64,000 nucleotides of DNA, taken from NCBI GenBank assembly GCA_964585475.1, contig CAZPDF010000005.1, forward strand, positions 3,323 through 67,322, in the 5' to 3' direction. A program made the translations under genes and the position numbers. The notes beneath the pieces are model-generated. The model was not told where the DNA came from. It did not search any database and worked only from the letters and a program-made list of their open reading frames with translations. Positions 1 to 9,517 of this stretch are shown one piece after another; within the stretch, counting starts at the first letter, position 1, and every line of letters starts with the position of its first letter. This DNA comes from an uncultured Candidatus Saccharibacteria bacterium. GTDB lineage: Bacteria > Patescibacteriota > Minisyncoccia > Sungbacterales > HO2-52-23.

Positions 1-2
1 TT

Positions 3-311
3 CGTGTAGCAAGTCCTAAACCGGGCAGTATTATAACGAGCCCCCTTGAAATTAGGGGAGAGGCGCGGGGGATTTGGTTTTTTGAGGCATCATTTCCGGT
101 GCGGCTTCTTGACGGTAACGGATCGGAGATTGTGAGGGATCACGCTGAAGCCGAAAGCGATTGGATGACGGAAAATTTCGTGCCGTTTAGGGCCATCCTT
201 AATTTTAGGACGTCGAATACGCGAGAAGGAACTTTGATTTTGGAAAAAGATAATCCGTCCGGGCTTCCGGAGAATGATGACGAGCTGCGAATACCGATTA
301 GATTTCGCTAA
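3..311 (+). CDS. Gmad2-type immunoglobulin-like domain protein (5' truncated by window)
   Basis: Frame is open from base 3: SPLEIRGEARGIWFFEASFPVRLLD...DWMTENFVPF...LILEKDNPSGLPE, the Gmad2 signature. Confidence 0.8.
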   Translation, partial: RVASPKPGSIITSPLEIRGEARGIWFFEASFPVRLLDGNGSEIVRDHAEAESDWMTENFVPFRAILNFRTSNTREGTLILEKDNPSGLPENDDELRIPIRFR

Positions 312-313
312 GT

Positions 314-829
314 TTGTTTTGGTATATGGATCAAGCCATTTTTCGTCCTATTCTTATTACGGTTGTCGTTTTCACCATCCTCGTTGGGATCGCTTTTTTT
401 ATTTCCCCGTATCTCTTTCCGAAAGTCGAGGAGGGAAGTGGCGTCGTGCCCAAAACGCCTGTATCAGAACACCCGCCTGAAATTCCTGCGGTTTCTCCGC
501 CGATCAGGATAAAGAATGAAGAGGAATTTAGGGGGGCCGAGGTAAGATATTCAGATCGAGGATTTTTACCAAAAAATATAGATCTTTCGCGCCAAGCCCC
601 GGAAGATAACTGTTTTATAAAGATTATAAATGAAAGCATTTTGCCGCTCACCATTCGTTTAAGTCCGCATAGCCCCAAAGACGATCGCGGTTTTCACTAT
701 ACCCCTATTCCTCCGGCAGAAGCTCTCATTATTGATCCGCGATACGGCACCATGGAGAATTTATCTTTTCATAATCACGCCAAGCCAATAGACGAGTTTT
801 CGGTTACGCTCGACCCGATCTGTTTTTGA
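314..829 (+). CDS. Membrane-anchored hypothetical protein, possible cupredoxin-like C-terminal domain
   Basis: N-terminal TM helix, Pro-rich linker, VRYSDRGFLP...FHNH pattern. Confidence 0.6.
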   Translation: MFWYMDQAIFRPILITVVVFTILVGIAFFISPYLFPKVEEGSGVVPKTPVSEHPPEIPAVSPPIRIKNEEEFRGAEVRYSDRGFLPKNIDLSRQAPEDNCFIKIINESILPLTIRLSPHSPKDDRGFHYTPIPPAEALIIDPRYGTMENLSFHNHAKPIDEFSVTLDPICF

Positions 830-891
830 TTGGATTTGTCATTATCACTCCGCAAGATTTAAAATTGATCCCTGTGTTTACATAAAATAAG

Positions 892-912
892 GCCGTCCAA
901 GGGCTGGACGGC
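892..912. terminator. Bidirectional intrinsic terminator
   Basis: gccgtcca-N5-tggacggc hairpin with A-rich and T-rich flanks, between convergent ORFs. Confidence 0.6.
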
Positions 913-1001
913 TATTTATGCGGCGGCGCAAACCGGGATTTTCTCAGCTACAACACGACGACGAGGGTTCATTTTGTTCCATTACTGACTTTTGCTACAG
1001 T

Positions 1002-1433
1002 TCAGGGCGTTTTCTTAGGTTTGTTTATAAGCACAAAGTGGGGAATCGGCGGACCCAAATACGAGTTGGCGAGATCCTCAAAGTCACGGGAAAAAGAACG
1101 GTTTTTTTCGCGATCCATACCCATGTGCTCGGCGAGTTTCCTGATATGCTGCAGAAAAGCGGGATGAATAACGCGTTGCCATTTGGGGTCGTTACAGCCG
1201 CGAGGACACTCGACTCGACCAGCTACGGGGTGCAACCATGAGCCCTCCCCTTCACATGCGGAGCAATCCGGATCCGGACGGATAACCTTGATCCATTTTG
1301 TCGTTGGCGTGAGGCGGCGTGCGAGCGCTCTGATAAGCGGGGGTCCAAAGAATATCAGAGAAAAAAACAGGAGGAAAAATGTCCGCGACTCGATTAGGGT
1401 CATTGCCGTCTCTTCCCATGGCTTTTCTATCAT
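1002..1433 (-). CDS. Hypothetical membrane protein with CxxC...CxxxC zinc-ribbon-like motif
   Basis: TM segment followed by CSACEGEG...ECPRGC. Confidence 0.55.
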   Translation of the reverse strand: MIEKPWEETAMTLIESRTFFLLFFSLIFFGPPLIRALARRLTPTTKWIKVIRPDPDCSACEGEGSWLHPVAGRVECPRGCNDPKWQRVIHPAFLQHIRKLAEHMGMDREKNRSFSRDFEDLANSYLGPPIPHFVLINKPKKTP

Positions 1434-1527
1434 TATAAGATGTAGCGAAAAAATAGCAAATGAAAATCAGCCCGTCTTCTAATGGTTCACCAATAGTTAA
1501 TTAAATGAGCCACCGTGAGGTGGCTTC

Positions 1528-2706
1528 TTATGATCGTGACGCTTCAACTGCCGCAGTAACCAGATTTTTAACCAATTCCCGCGTTTTTCCGTTAGAGTCA
1601 AATTCCGGCTTGAATTCCGTGATGTGGAAGAAATGGCAAGGCAGGGGAGATTTATGTATGGCTTCCATCGCCTCTCGTATCATGGTTTGATCCGGCACGG
1701 CAATACCCGGACATTCGATTTTGTGCCGGTAGTAGGATATATACCAGAGGTCGCGGATGAGGTTATATAAAGCGCGGTTTTTGTTCCGTAGTTTTGTCAT
1801 CTGGAAACGCTCTTGGGCCTCCCTACGCAGTCTTTGGGGGAGATGAGGACCGTAATCTACGCCCTGGATTACTTTGGAATCGAATGCGTCCAGATCAATT
1901 TCAAAGCCGAAACTCTGAAAAGTCGCCTCCCGCCCTGGTCTCATCTTTTTTCTTATCGCAAGCTGATTGAATCCGTGAGTATCGGCAAGGTAATAGGAGT
2001 TAAGAATCGAGAGGCCGTCCTCCACCGCAGTTTTAAAATCAGGTATGCCCTCGGCAGGAATTACACTAAAAAGATCTTTGAGGCCGGCGTGTTGGCCCTG
2101 GGAGTGTCGCAAAATGGCGTAGAGAAGATCCAATGGCGAGCGCCTGAAGTGCAGGACTTCGGGAAGAAGAATAAATGGTTCGAGAAACGCCATCTCAAGT
2201 TTCCGCGCTCCAAGAAAGAGGACAAACTCAAGAAGATTATGGTCAAGCGCCAAGCGGTAGGGGTTGGGTTTCGCGAGAAGCTTCCCGTGGGTTCGGTAGC
2301 TATAAATATCCATGTGTTGATCGAATACAAGGTTCATGTTTACTGGCCAGCCTTTTCGCCGGAGACATTTGATAATTGCGTATGAAACGGCGTTATCCGG
2401 CGAGAAAACTATGTCACTGGCCTCTACGTGTCGCATGATACTCGTATCCAATTCTTCGCGATTGGCAAGATCAAGATAAACAGTTTTTACGCCGAGCGTC
2501 TTCTCAAAACTCTCAAGCAGTGGTCGAATCAGTTCCTCGCTGGTTTTCGGCGGGGGTTTGGCGGGTCCTGCAGAGGTGGGGCATCCGGTTCCGAGCTCTA
2601 TGTTGGCAAAGACCACTTTGTTGATTGGCTGAATGAACAAATTACTTCTCCGATTATTCGATGGGGAGATTATAGCAGGAGATGCGGACTTTTTCCATAG
2701 CAACAA
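1528..2706 (-). CDS. Divergent arginase/ureohydrolase-fold metalloprotein (start uncertain)
   Basis: DQHMD (cf. DAHxD), EIDLDAFD (cf. DxD) and TEFKPEFD (cf. ExNPxxD) occur in the correct order. Confidence 0.55.
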   Translation of the reverse strand: MLLWKKSASPAIISPSNNRRSNLFIQPINKVVFANIELGTGCPTSAGPAKPPPKTSEELIRPLLESFEKTLGVKTVYLDLANREELDTSIMRHVEASDIVFSPDNAVSYAIIKCLRRKGWPVNMNLVFDQHMDIYSYRTHGKLLAKPNPYRLALDHNLLEFVLFLGARKLEMAFLEPFILLPEVLHFRRSPLDLLYAILRHSQGQHAGLKDLFSVIPAEGIPDFKTAVEDGLSILNSYYLADTHGFNQLAIRKKMRPGREATFQSFGFEIDLDAFDSKVIQGVDYGPHLPQRLRREAQERFQMTKLRNKNRALYNLIRDLWYISYYRHKIECPGIAVPDQTMIREAMEAIHKSPLPCHFFHITEFKPEFDSNGKTRELVKNLVTAAVEASRS

Positions 2707-2740
2707 AAAAGCCGCGGCAAGGCGCCTGCGGCATTGAAAC

Positions 2741-3262
2741 CTATTCTGACAAAATTTCGTGTACTAACCCCAGCATCAATGCGTCTGCGGAAGTGAGAAC
2801 CGTTTCAGAGAGCATCATATTGAGGAAGGCCTTCTTCTCAATTTTACCGCCAGTTTTCTCTGCTACGATTTCAGCCAGTTTATCCTCACAGTGCCTAAGG
2901 TCTTTTCCGAGCCCATTAATCGTCGCCGTGCTGATCCGCACATCCTTGAAGTGCCTTCCCATCTGGTGAATGTATAAAGTTGTGTGCGGAGTGACGAATC
3001 TTCTCTCACCCGCCAGCAGTATGAGCAAAGCGGATGAATCCACCGAGCCCGAGCCAATGGTATGAAGCTTAGGTTTCCACACCAACCTGACCAGATCGTA
3101 GAAAGAAAAGGCGATATCCGTAAATCCACCCTCGCTTGTCAGGATAAGGCGTATTACCTCGTCCTTATTTTCCTTTAACAGGTTGAGAATGCCCTTACTT
3201 ACTTCTTCGAAATTCTTTACGTTGACATCTCCAACCCACGGCAAGGTGCGGTCAAGATTCAT
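2741..3262 (-). CDS. ClpP-like serine protease subunit
   Basis: LTSEGG, VDSSA (Ser), YIHQ (His), ADALMLGLVHEI C-terminus. Confidence 0.8.
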   Translation of the reverse strand: MNLDRTLPWVGDVNVKNFEEVSKGILNLLKENKDEVIRLILTSEGGFTDIAFSFYDLVRLVWKPKLHTIGSGSVDSSALLILLAGERRFVTPHTTLYIHQMGRHFKDVRISTATINGLGKDLRHCEDKLAEIVAEKTGGKIEKKAFLNMMLSETVLTSADALMLGLVHEILSE

Positions 3263-3345
3263 ATACCCCCCATTTGGTGCTAAATTTTTAAGAACAGTAA
3301 AACTAAAATAGCATAATATAGATTATTCGTCAAGCCATTTTTCTA

Positions 3346-4383
3346 CTATATGAACGTGGCTCCTAAAAGATCAGGATGCCCCAGAAGAAATGCCTGTGTC
3401 TCTATACTCTTTTTCCCCTCAAGTTTGAGTTTTTTTACAAGAAGTCCTCCTTTGCCGCACTTTACGAGTATCACGTCTTTTTGCTCGCCCGAGATATAAC
3501 CCGGAGAGCCGGCCGGAATATCATCTCGAACCGTATCTGCCTCCTCGATCTTAATGCGGCAGATTTTTTCCCCAGATGGCCAGATGGTCCACGTTCCTGG
3601 CCACGGATTGAAAGCGCGAACCATCCGCTCGATTTCTTCTGCTGGCCGCGACCAATTAATTCTGCCGTCGTCTTTTTTAAGAATTTTGGAATAAGTCGCT
3701 TGGGAATCGTTTTGTGGTACCGGCGTAATCTCTCTCCTGATCCATTTTGGTAGCGTTTCAATTAAAAGCTCTGCCCCCAATTTCGCCAGCTCATCGTGTA
3801 GGGTTTTGTAATTTGTAATTTGTAATTTGTAATTTTCCAATTGTCGCCATGCGACAATTGGACCGTGATCCATCTGTTCATCCACTTTTATGATCGTTAC
3901 TCCGGTCTCCGTATCGCCTTTAAGAATGGTGTATTGAATCGGCGAAGGCCCGCGCCAACGAGGGAGGAGGGAGGGATGAATGTTCAAGAACCCGAGTTTC
4001 GGAATTTCTAGAATCTCTCTTAGAATAATTTTTCCGTAAGCCGCTACAATACAAAGATCCGGCTGAAGTTCTGAAAATTCTTTCGCAAAAAAAGGATTGG
4101 ATTTCAACGTTTCCGGCTGAAAAACCGGAATTTTACCCCGCACCTTTTCTGAACTGCGCTTCGCGCGAGAATCTACTGGTTCAGAAAAGGTGCGGGGTTT
4201 ATGTTTCTCGGCAAATACCTTCACCGGCGGGGGAGTGAGAATCTGTTTTCGGCCAACCGGCTCATCAGGATTTGTTACCACGGCAACAATGTTACAGCCA
4301 GCTTCAATAAGCGCCTCAAGCGAGGGAAGCGCAAATTCCGGCGTACCCCAGAAAATTATTTTAATTTCTTTTACCTGCGTCAT
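3346..4383 (-). CDS. fmt: Methionyl-tRNA formyltransferase with two repeat-derived in-frame insertions
   Basis: IIFWGTPEFA, NIHPSLLPRWRGPSPIQ, VRAFNPWPG. Confidence 0.97.
   Translation of the reverse strand: MTQVKEIKIIFWGTPEFALPSLEALIEAGCNIVAVVTNPDEPVGRKQILTPPPVKVFAEKHKPRTFSEPVDSRAKRSSEKVRGKIPVFQPETLKSNPFFAKEFSELQPDLCIVAAYGKIILREILEIPKLGFLNIHPSLLPRWRGPSPIQYTILKGDTETGVTIIKVDEQMDHGPIVAWRQLENYKLQITNYKTLHDELAKLGAELLIETLPKWIRREITPVPQNDSQATYSKILKKDDGRINWSRPAEEIERMVRAFNPWPGTWTIWPSGEKICRIKIEEADTVRDDIPAGSPGYISGEQKDVILVKCGKGGLLVKKLKLEGKKSIETQAFLLGHPDLLGATFI
3805..3835. repeat. Heptamer tandem repeat (TTTGTAA)x4 inside fmt
   Basis: Four exact copies; encodes NYKLQITNYK. Confidence 0.9.
4136..4197. mobile_element. 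62-bp MITE-like palindromic element in fmt, 4-bp TTTA duplication
   Basis: TIR ccccgcaccttttctgaac/gttcagaaaaggtgcgggg; TTTA at 4132-4135 and 4198-4201. Confidence 0.85.
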
Positions 4384-4384
4384 G

Positions 4385-4547
4385 TGACACTTTTTATATT
4401 TCTTCCCAACAACGTTCTTACATTCTCAAGTATGTTGGTATGTTTTTATCTCCCATGACACATTTTATATTTCTTTCTGGACTATTCGCTTATTCGTACG
4501 AATAAGCGAATAGTCTCCCACATCGCATGACACTTTTTATATTTTTT
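4385..4547. repeat. Three ~20-bp direct repeats (TGACACWTTTTATATTT) with 71-72 bp period and palindromic spacers
   Basis: Copies start at 4385, 4456 and 4528. Confidence 0.85.
4480..4515. repeat. Perfect loopless 36-bp palindrome
   Basis: gactattcgcttattcgt|acgaataagcgaatagtc. Confidence 0.95.
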
Positions 4548-4555
4548 TTCGCCAA

Positions 4556-5137
4556 TCACTTTGTCATGGAACGGCTCTCGATTATTCTCTCCGCTTTATC
4601 TATAAAAAGCGTCCCGTCCAGATGATCCAGTTCGTGCTGCACCACCCGGGAAAAAAAACGCGAGGCGCCGCGGGTGAATTTTTTGCCATGCTCATCATAT
4701 GCCACCACCGTGATTTTTTCGTGCCGCTTTACGGAGCCGAATTTCCCCGGGACCGAAAGGCACCCTTCTGCTCCATCCAGTTTGTTTTTGGACATCTTTT
4801 TTATTGTGGGATTTATGAATACATAATATTTCCATTCCCGCATTTCATACGGTTTTTCATTCTTTTCCGAGATGTCATCCTCGCGTTTGCGCTTCCATCC
4901 TGCCTTCTCCGCCTTATCGATCTCTTCCGCTTCTTCGGAGATGATAAAGATGCGCAGGGATTCTCCTATCTGCGGCGCGGCAAGTCCTACCCCGTCAGGA
5001 GTAATTTTGAGCGTTTCTTTCATATTCGAAATCAACCTTCGTATTTTGGGAGTAGCAAGGTCTTTAATTTGGACCCCACGAGCGACTTGACGAAGTGTGG
5101 CCTGCGGAGTTTTAATTATGGATAGCACCCTGGACAT
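4556..5137 (-). CDS. def: Peptide deformylase
   Basis: GVGLAAPQIG, EGCLS, QHELDHLDG motifs. Confidence 0.97.
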   Translation of the reverse strand: MSRVLSIIKTPQATLRQVARGVQIKDLATPKIRRLISNMKETLKITPDGVGLAAPQIGESLRIFIISEEAEEIDKAEKAGWKRKREDDISEKNEKPYEMREWKYYVFINPTIKKMSKNKLDGAEGCLSVPGKFGSVKRHEKITVVAYDEHGKKFTRGASRFFSRVVQHELDHLDGTLFIDKAERIIESRSMTK

Positions 5138-5152
5138 AGTTAGGTGGAATAG

Positions 5153-5533
5153 ATGGATTTGTTAATTAATGCCCTTTTCGGACTCTTTCTTGTTTTTTGG
5201 GCCGTGTTTACGGCGAAATTCTATCTTGGTATCCTTTGGAAGTTACGGGAGAGGAATGTCCCGCTGCGTGGAAAAGTGATCGTGATGGTCGCGATGGGCT
5301 GGTTTTCTTGTCTCGGTTTACTTATCACCTTATTAGCGCTCGATTATTTTTCTATATTCTTTCCGCGCGATCCTATAGAGCGGTTCATCTATTTTGATCT
5401 TCTTGAACAAAAGTATGCGTTGGCGGTAGGAATTTATATGGCGGTTGCGTTCTATTTGAGTTATTGCCACCATTTTCCTAAGAAGTACCCCCCAAGCCAG
5501 ACAGCCCGAAAAGTTGATATTCACTATTTGTGA
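5153..5533 (+). CDS. Hypothetical membrane protein
   Basis: Three hydrophobic segments; SD-like aggtgga upstream. Confidence 0.55.
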   Translation: MDLLINALFGLFLVFWAVFTAKFYLGILWKLRERNVPLRGKVIVMVAMGWFSCLGLLITLLALDYFSIFFPRDPIERFIYFDLLEQKYALAVGIYMAVAFYLSYCHHFPKKYPPSQTARKVDIHYL

Positions 5534-5826
5534 GATTCTCGCGGAGATTTTTTTCTCCGCTTTTCCTTTTTTCTCTTGTTCAATTTTGCGCCTGGTCGTT
5601 TAGAGAGGCCTTTTAAAGCCGCAAAAAAATATTTCCCGCGCGCCTCCAGCGGCAAATCGTCTTTCTCAAGCACCCTCCGCGCGAGGGCCCGCAGGTCAGA
5701 TTCATAGTAAAGTTTAGCAATGCCAAGATAAGCTGCAAAGCGCTTGGGTTCCGACATCATGCGTGACACGTCATCGGCTAGGACGTGTTCCCGTGAGTGA
5801 AGGTGTGTATCCGGGGTCAATCTCAT
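5524..5826 (-). CDS. Small basic hypothetical protein
   Basis: 100-aa ORF with helical core and Lys/Arg-rich tail. Confidence 0.55.
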   Translation of the reverse strand: MRLTPDTHLHSREHVLADDVSRMMSEPKRFAAYLGIAKLYYESDLRALARRVLEKDDLPLEARGKYFFAALKGLSKRPGAKLNKRKKEKRRKKSPRESHK

Positions 5827-5912
5827 ATCCTTACTATTTTATTACATTTCTTGACATTCGTAAATCGGTTGGATAACCTTGATTTAGATCTCTTTGCGGA
5901 GGGAGGAGAAGA

Positions 5913-6743
5913 ATGCCGACTTTTGTTATTGAACTGACGATGTTAAAATTCCTCTCTTCGGTTCTCCGCGATTTCGATTCAAGCTTCGTAATTGTGAATA
6001 GCTTGGACGATCCGCGTCTCTTGGTAAAAATTTTGGAAAGAGACGATTTCCCGTTGGGTACGGAGGTGATTACTTCGGAACTATCTGCGGTGTCCTGCGA
6101 AGAATTATGGAAAGAATTTAGTATCGACCGCAGAGATGTTGCAAAAGAACTTGCCAGTCGTGGTATCCCGGACGAATTAAAGTCCGTTTCGTTCAAGAAG
6201 CAGTTGAGATTGTGGCTCGGTATGCCGGTGATGGAAGGTGGGAAATGCTACAACGCTTATATTTTGCTTGACCGGGGAGAAATAAAATTCATTCACCGCA
6301 AGCGCCACATATACACGAAAGAGGAAAAGGCGATTTTTGATCGCCCTCGCATCTACGACGGTCATTTCGAAGGACGCACAGTTCTTATTTGCCACGAGCT
6401 TTTCGGCGCCTGGGATCCTACATGGCATAAATGCCATACCCCGGAAGTAAGAAGCAGGAAATCAAGGATAATTCTGGTTCCTGCCTACTGGGGTTGGGGG
6501 GCCGGCAACCCAAAAACACTAATACGGGCTGCACGGGAGGTTGTTTGGAGAGTTAAAGAGCCGAGTGACCGCAAGTCCGCCATGCACCCATCCGGTGCGC
6601 TTTTGCTTCTTGCCAATGCCAAGTGGGCTGCAGTGTTCGGGCCGCTTGAGAAAGGAAGACAAAAAGGCGGCTGTTACGCCCGTCTTGATAAACCCGGCTG
6701 GATCCGCGTTTCCCGAACCTCCCTTTCCACCAATGAGTTATAA
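5913..6743 (+). CDS. Divergent carbon-nitrogen hydrolase (nitrilase-fold) protein
   Basis: Candidate E-K-C triad: ITSELS, YNAY...HRKRH, LICHE; IILVPAYW. Confidence 0.6.
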   Translation: MPTFVIELTMLKFLSSVLRDFDSSFVIVNSLDDPRLLVKILERDDFPLGTEVITSELSAVSCEELWKEFSIDRRDVAKELASRGIPDELKSVSFKKQLRLWLGMPVMEGGKCYNAYILLDRGEIKFIHRKRHIYTKEEKAIFDRPRIYDGHFEGRTVLICHELFGAWDPTWHKCHTPEVRSRKSRIILVPAYWGWGAGNPKTLIRAAREVVWRVKEPSDRKSAMHPSGALLLLANAKWAAVFGPLEKGRQKGGCYARLDKPGWIRVSRTSLSTNEL

Positions 6744-6827
6744 TCCACATTGCCGCGTATAGTTTCCGCAGAGTTGACGAAATAGAACAGATGTGCTACT
6801 CTATCTTTAGCACAAAAGAGGTTCGCC

Positions 6828-7058
6828 GTGAAGGAATATACGACTCTACGGGAGGCGATTAGAGTTCTTGGTAAACACGTGAAAGAAGAGGATGTAGAGA
6901 TTGCAAAACTTTACAAGGAAAGCAATCCAAAATTGGATCGAGGAGCTCTTGGTACTCTACTTGAGCACGAGGGTCTAGGCATAGGTCATCATACCCATAG
7001 TGGGTGTGCCGATCGATGCGAATACATAAATTTGGTTTTGGATAGAATTCCAATCTAA
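6828..7058 (+). CDS. Small hypothetical protein with HHxHxxC..C motif
   Basis: Own ttgacg promoter, agagg SD and downstream hairpin+T tract. Confidence 0.55.
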   Translation: MKEYTTLREAIRVLGKHVKEEDVEIAKLYKESNPKLDRGALGTLLEHEGLGIGHHTHSGCADRCEYINLVLDRIPI

Positions 7059-7203
7059 CTACCCGCACGGCTCTGTCCTGCGGTATTTTTTATACAAAAG
7101 CAGGAATCAATTTCAAATCTTCCCCTATCCTTACTCAATCCAGAGTTCTAAACGTAGCTAGTTTCGCGACTTTCTTTTTTATAAAATTTGTGATATCATT
7201 TTT

Positions 7204-8529
7204 ATGATGAAGAGGGGATCAGTTGATGAGGTTATTTATTTTATCGGCATTGGCGGCATAGGAGTATCCGCCCTTGCTAAATATTATCTTTCTACTGGTG
7301 CTAAAGTAAGCGGCTCGGATTTGGTATCTTCCGAAAACACTGATGAGCTTAAGAAATTGGGCGTAGCGATACGAATAGGCAAGCAAGCGAGAAAAAATTT
7401 GCCAAAAGACGTTACGTTTCTTATTTATACCGCCGCCACGCCGCGCGATAACCCGGAACTGCAGGAGGTACGCCGGAGAAAGCTTAAAGTTCAAAGTTAT
7501 CCCGAGGCAATAGGGGATCTTACCAAGCGATACAAGACCATAACCGTATCCGGCGCCCACGGGAAAAGCACCACGACTGCTCTGGCCGCGCTGGTGCTTG
7601 AAGAAGGATATTTTGACCCTACCGTTATTGTCGGAACGCGGGTGAAGGAATTTGGCAATTCAAACTTCCGCCTGGGCCGCGGCTCGCATTTGGTTCTTGA
7701 AGCCGACGAGTGGAACAAATCGTTTTTAAAGTATGCTCCCCAAATCGCTATCGTGACGAATATTGATGCGGAGCATTTGGATACGTATAAAACAGTTGAC
7801 GCGGTGGAGCGCGCATTTGCCGAGTATCTGGGGAAGGTGCCGGCGGAGGGCGCGATCATTGCCAATCGCGATGACCGGCGGCTTGCCAAAATCGCCAGAA
7901 AATTCGGTAAGAAGGTGATATGGTATTCGCGAGGTGACGAGGAGGCCGGTGCCATGAGGCATTTTCTGCGAGTGCCCGGAGAGCATAACGTCGTAAATGC
8001 GCTGGCCGCATTGCGGCTGGGTCAGGTCCTCGGAATACAGTCGCCCTCGATTTGGCGCGCCGTATCGCGCTTTAGCGGTACGTGGAGAAGGTTTGAATTT
8101 AAAGGGATTTCGAAGGGCGCTTTTATTTTTACCGATTACGGGCATCATCCATCGGAAATTCAAGCGACGCTATCTGCCGCGAGGGAGCGTTTTCCATTCC
8201 GGCGCATATGGTGCGTATACCAGCCGCATCAGTATCAGCGCCTCGCTTATTTATGGGACGATTTTATTGGCGCATTTGACATGGCGGACCGTGTATGTCT
8301 GCTTCCTGTTTATGATGTTGTCGGGCGGGAGACGAAGACGGCAAAATCGCGGGTGAGTTCCGAAAAACTTGCGCATGCGATTGCATCGCGCGGCAAGGAC
8401 GTCTATTACCATACATCTTTTGCTCAAGCGAAGTCATTCATAGATTCCAAGATCCGCCCCGGAGATATCCTGCTTATTATGGGAGCGGGCGACATCTATC
8501 AACTGACAAATCAGATAACGGCGCACTGA
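7204..8529 (+). CDS. murC: UDP-N-acetylmuramate--L-alanine ligase
   Basis: FIGIGGIGVSALA, GAHGKSTTT, EADE, DYGHHPSEI. Confidence 0.97.
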   Translation: MMKRGSVDEVIYFIGIGGIGVSALAKYYLSTGAKVSGSDLVSSENTDELKKLGVAIRIGKQARKNLPKDVTFLIYTAATPRDNPELQEVRRRKLKVQSYPEAIGDLTKRYKTITVSGAHGKSTTTALAALVLEEGYFDPTVIVGTRVKEFGNSNFRLGRGSHLVLEADEWNKSFLKYAPQIAIVTNIDAEHLDTYKTVDAVERAFAEYLGKVPAEGAIIANRDDRRLAKIARKFGKKVIWYSRGDEEAGAMRHFLRVPGEHNVVNALAALRLGQVLGIQSPSIWRAVSRFSGTWRRFEFKGISKGAFIFTDYGHHPSEIQATLSAARERFPFRRIWCVYQPHQYQRLAYLWDDFIGAFDMADRVCLLPVYDVVGRETKTAKSRVSSEKLAHAIASRGKDVYYHTSFAQAKSFIDSKIRPGDILLIMGAGDIYQLTNQITAH

Positions 8530-9329
8530 TGAGTAACGTAGAAATAAAGAACCACCAAATAAATATTAAGGGGCTTAATGTCTATTACAGAACCGCAGGC
8601 GATTCAAATAACTCGCCCGTAATACTATTAAACGGCTGGGGCGCACGGACTACAGGCTTTTTACTGGGAAGCGACAAGGTTATTAGAGAGTTAGTAAGGC
8701 ACCGATTTTACGTGTATTCTCCCGAACATCCGGGCCTTATGCGTTCCGAGACGCCGAAAGAGATTTGGGGATTTAAAGAATATGACGAGTATCTTGAAGA
8801 GTTTATCCAAAAACTCAACATTAAAAATTTTATTCTCATCGGTCAATCATTTGGCGGAGCAGTGGCAACGGCTTATGCTGCCGAGCATCCATCGGATATA
8901 AGGGTACTGGTTCTAGTAAGCGCTGGTCTCTCAAGTGATAAATTGCATGGGTTTCTCTTCCGCCATCTTTTATATGGGAAATGCTTTAGTTTAACCCTCC
9001 GATCAAAATTTGTATTAAAAACAGTTAAGAAATTGTTTGCATCGGCAGTTCTTGGAATACCGTGGAGTCATTTGGAAAAAGAGAACTTGGAGAACCGAGC
9101 AACTATGGGCGAGATCTTTTCGCAGTGGTCGTTAGAAAATATGTATAAAAAGGTAACAACCAAAACTATCTTAATCTGGGGAAAATACGATCAGTTTTTT
9201 CCTATTTCTTCAGCCCGAAAGGTGGCCACAGAGTTACCAAACGTAAGGTTATATGTAGTTAATGCCGGTCACAGCGTTCTTTACAGGAATCCTAAAAGGA
9301 CGGTTGAGCTTATAGTGAGCGCTCTATGA
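8529..9329 (+). CDS. Alpha/beta hydrolase
   Basis: GQSFGG nucleophile elbow, WGKYD, AGH. Confidence 0.9.
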   Translation: MSNVEIKNHQINIKGLNVYYRTAGDSNNSPVILLNGWGARTTGFLLGSDKVIRELVRHRFYVYSPEHPGLMRSETPKEIWGFKEYDEYLEEFIQKLNIKNFILIGQSFGGAVATAYAAEHPSDIRVLVLVSAGLSSDKLHGFLFRHLLYGKCFSLTLRSKFVLKTVKKLFASAVLGIPWSHLEKENLENRATMGEIFSQWSLENMYKKVTTKTILIWGKYDQFFPISSARKVATELPNVRLYVVNAGHSVLYRNPKRTVELIVSAL

Positions 9330-9374
9330 TTTTTTTATAGGTAAAGAACGTTTAATATACCCACAGTGGACTGA

Positions 9375-9474
9375 CCCCGTTAGAGATGCGGAATGGAGTA
9401 ACACCGGTTATATGCATGTGGCTGCAGAGCGACTCTTATCCCTTACTTCAATCTGGAATAAATCTCTAACGGGG
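9375..9474. mobile_element. 100-bp MITE-like element (CCCC-end family)
   Basis: TIR ccccgttagagat/atctctaacgggg; flanks CTGA/TTGA. Confidence 0.8.
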
Positions 9475-9517
9475 TTGACCGCCTTTTTAATTTTTGCGAT
9501 AATTGAACTAACAATTT

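Noticed and set aside
4385-4547. CRISPR array
   Set aside because: Only three short AT-rich non-palindromic repeats, ~51-nt spacers that are themselves palindromes, and no cas1/cas2 or effector in the window; kept as a non-CRISPR finding.
4840-4940. Charged loop in peptide deformylase as an element insertion
   Set aside because: No inverted repeat or target duplication was found at DNA level.
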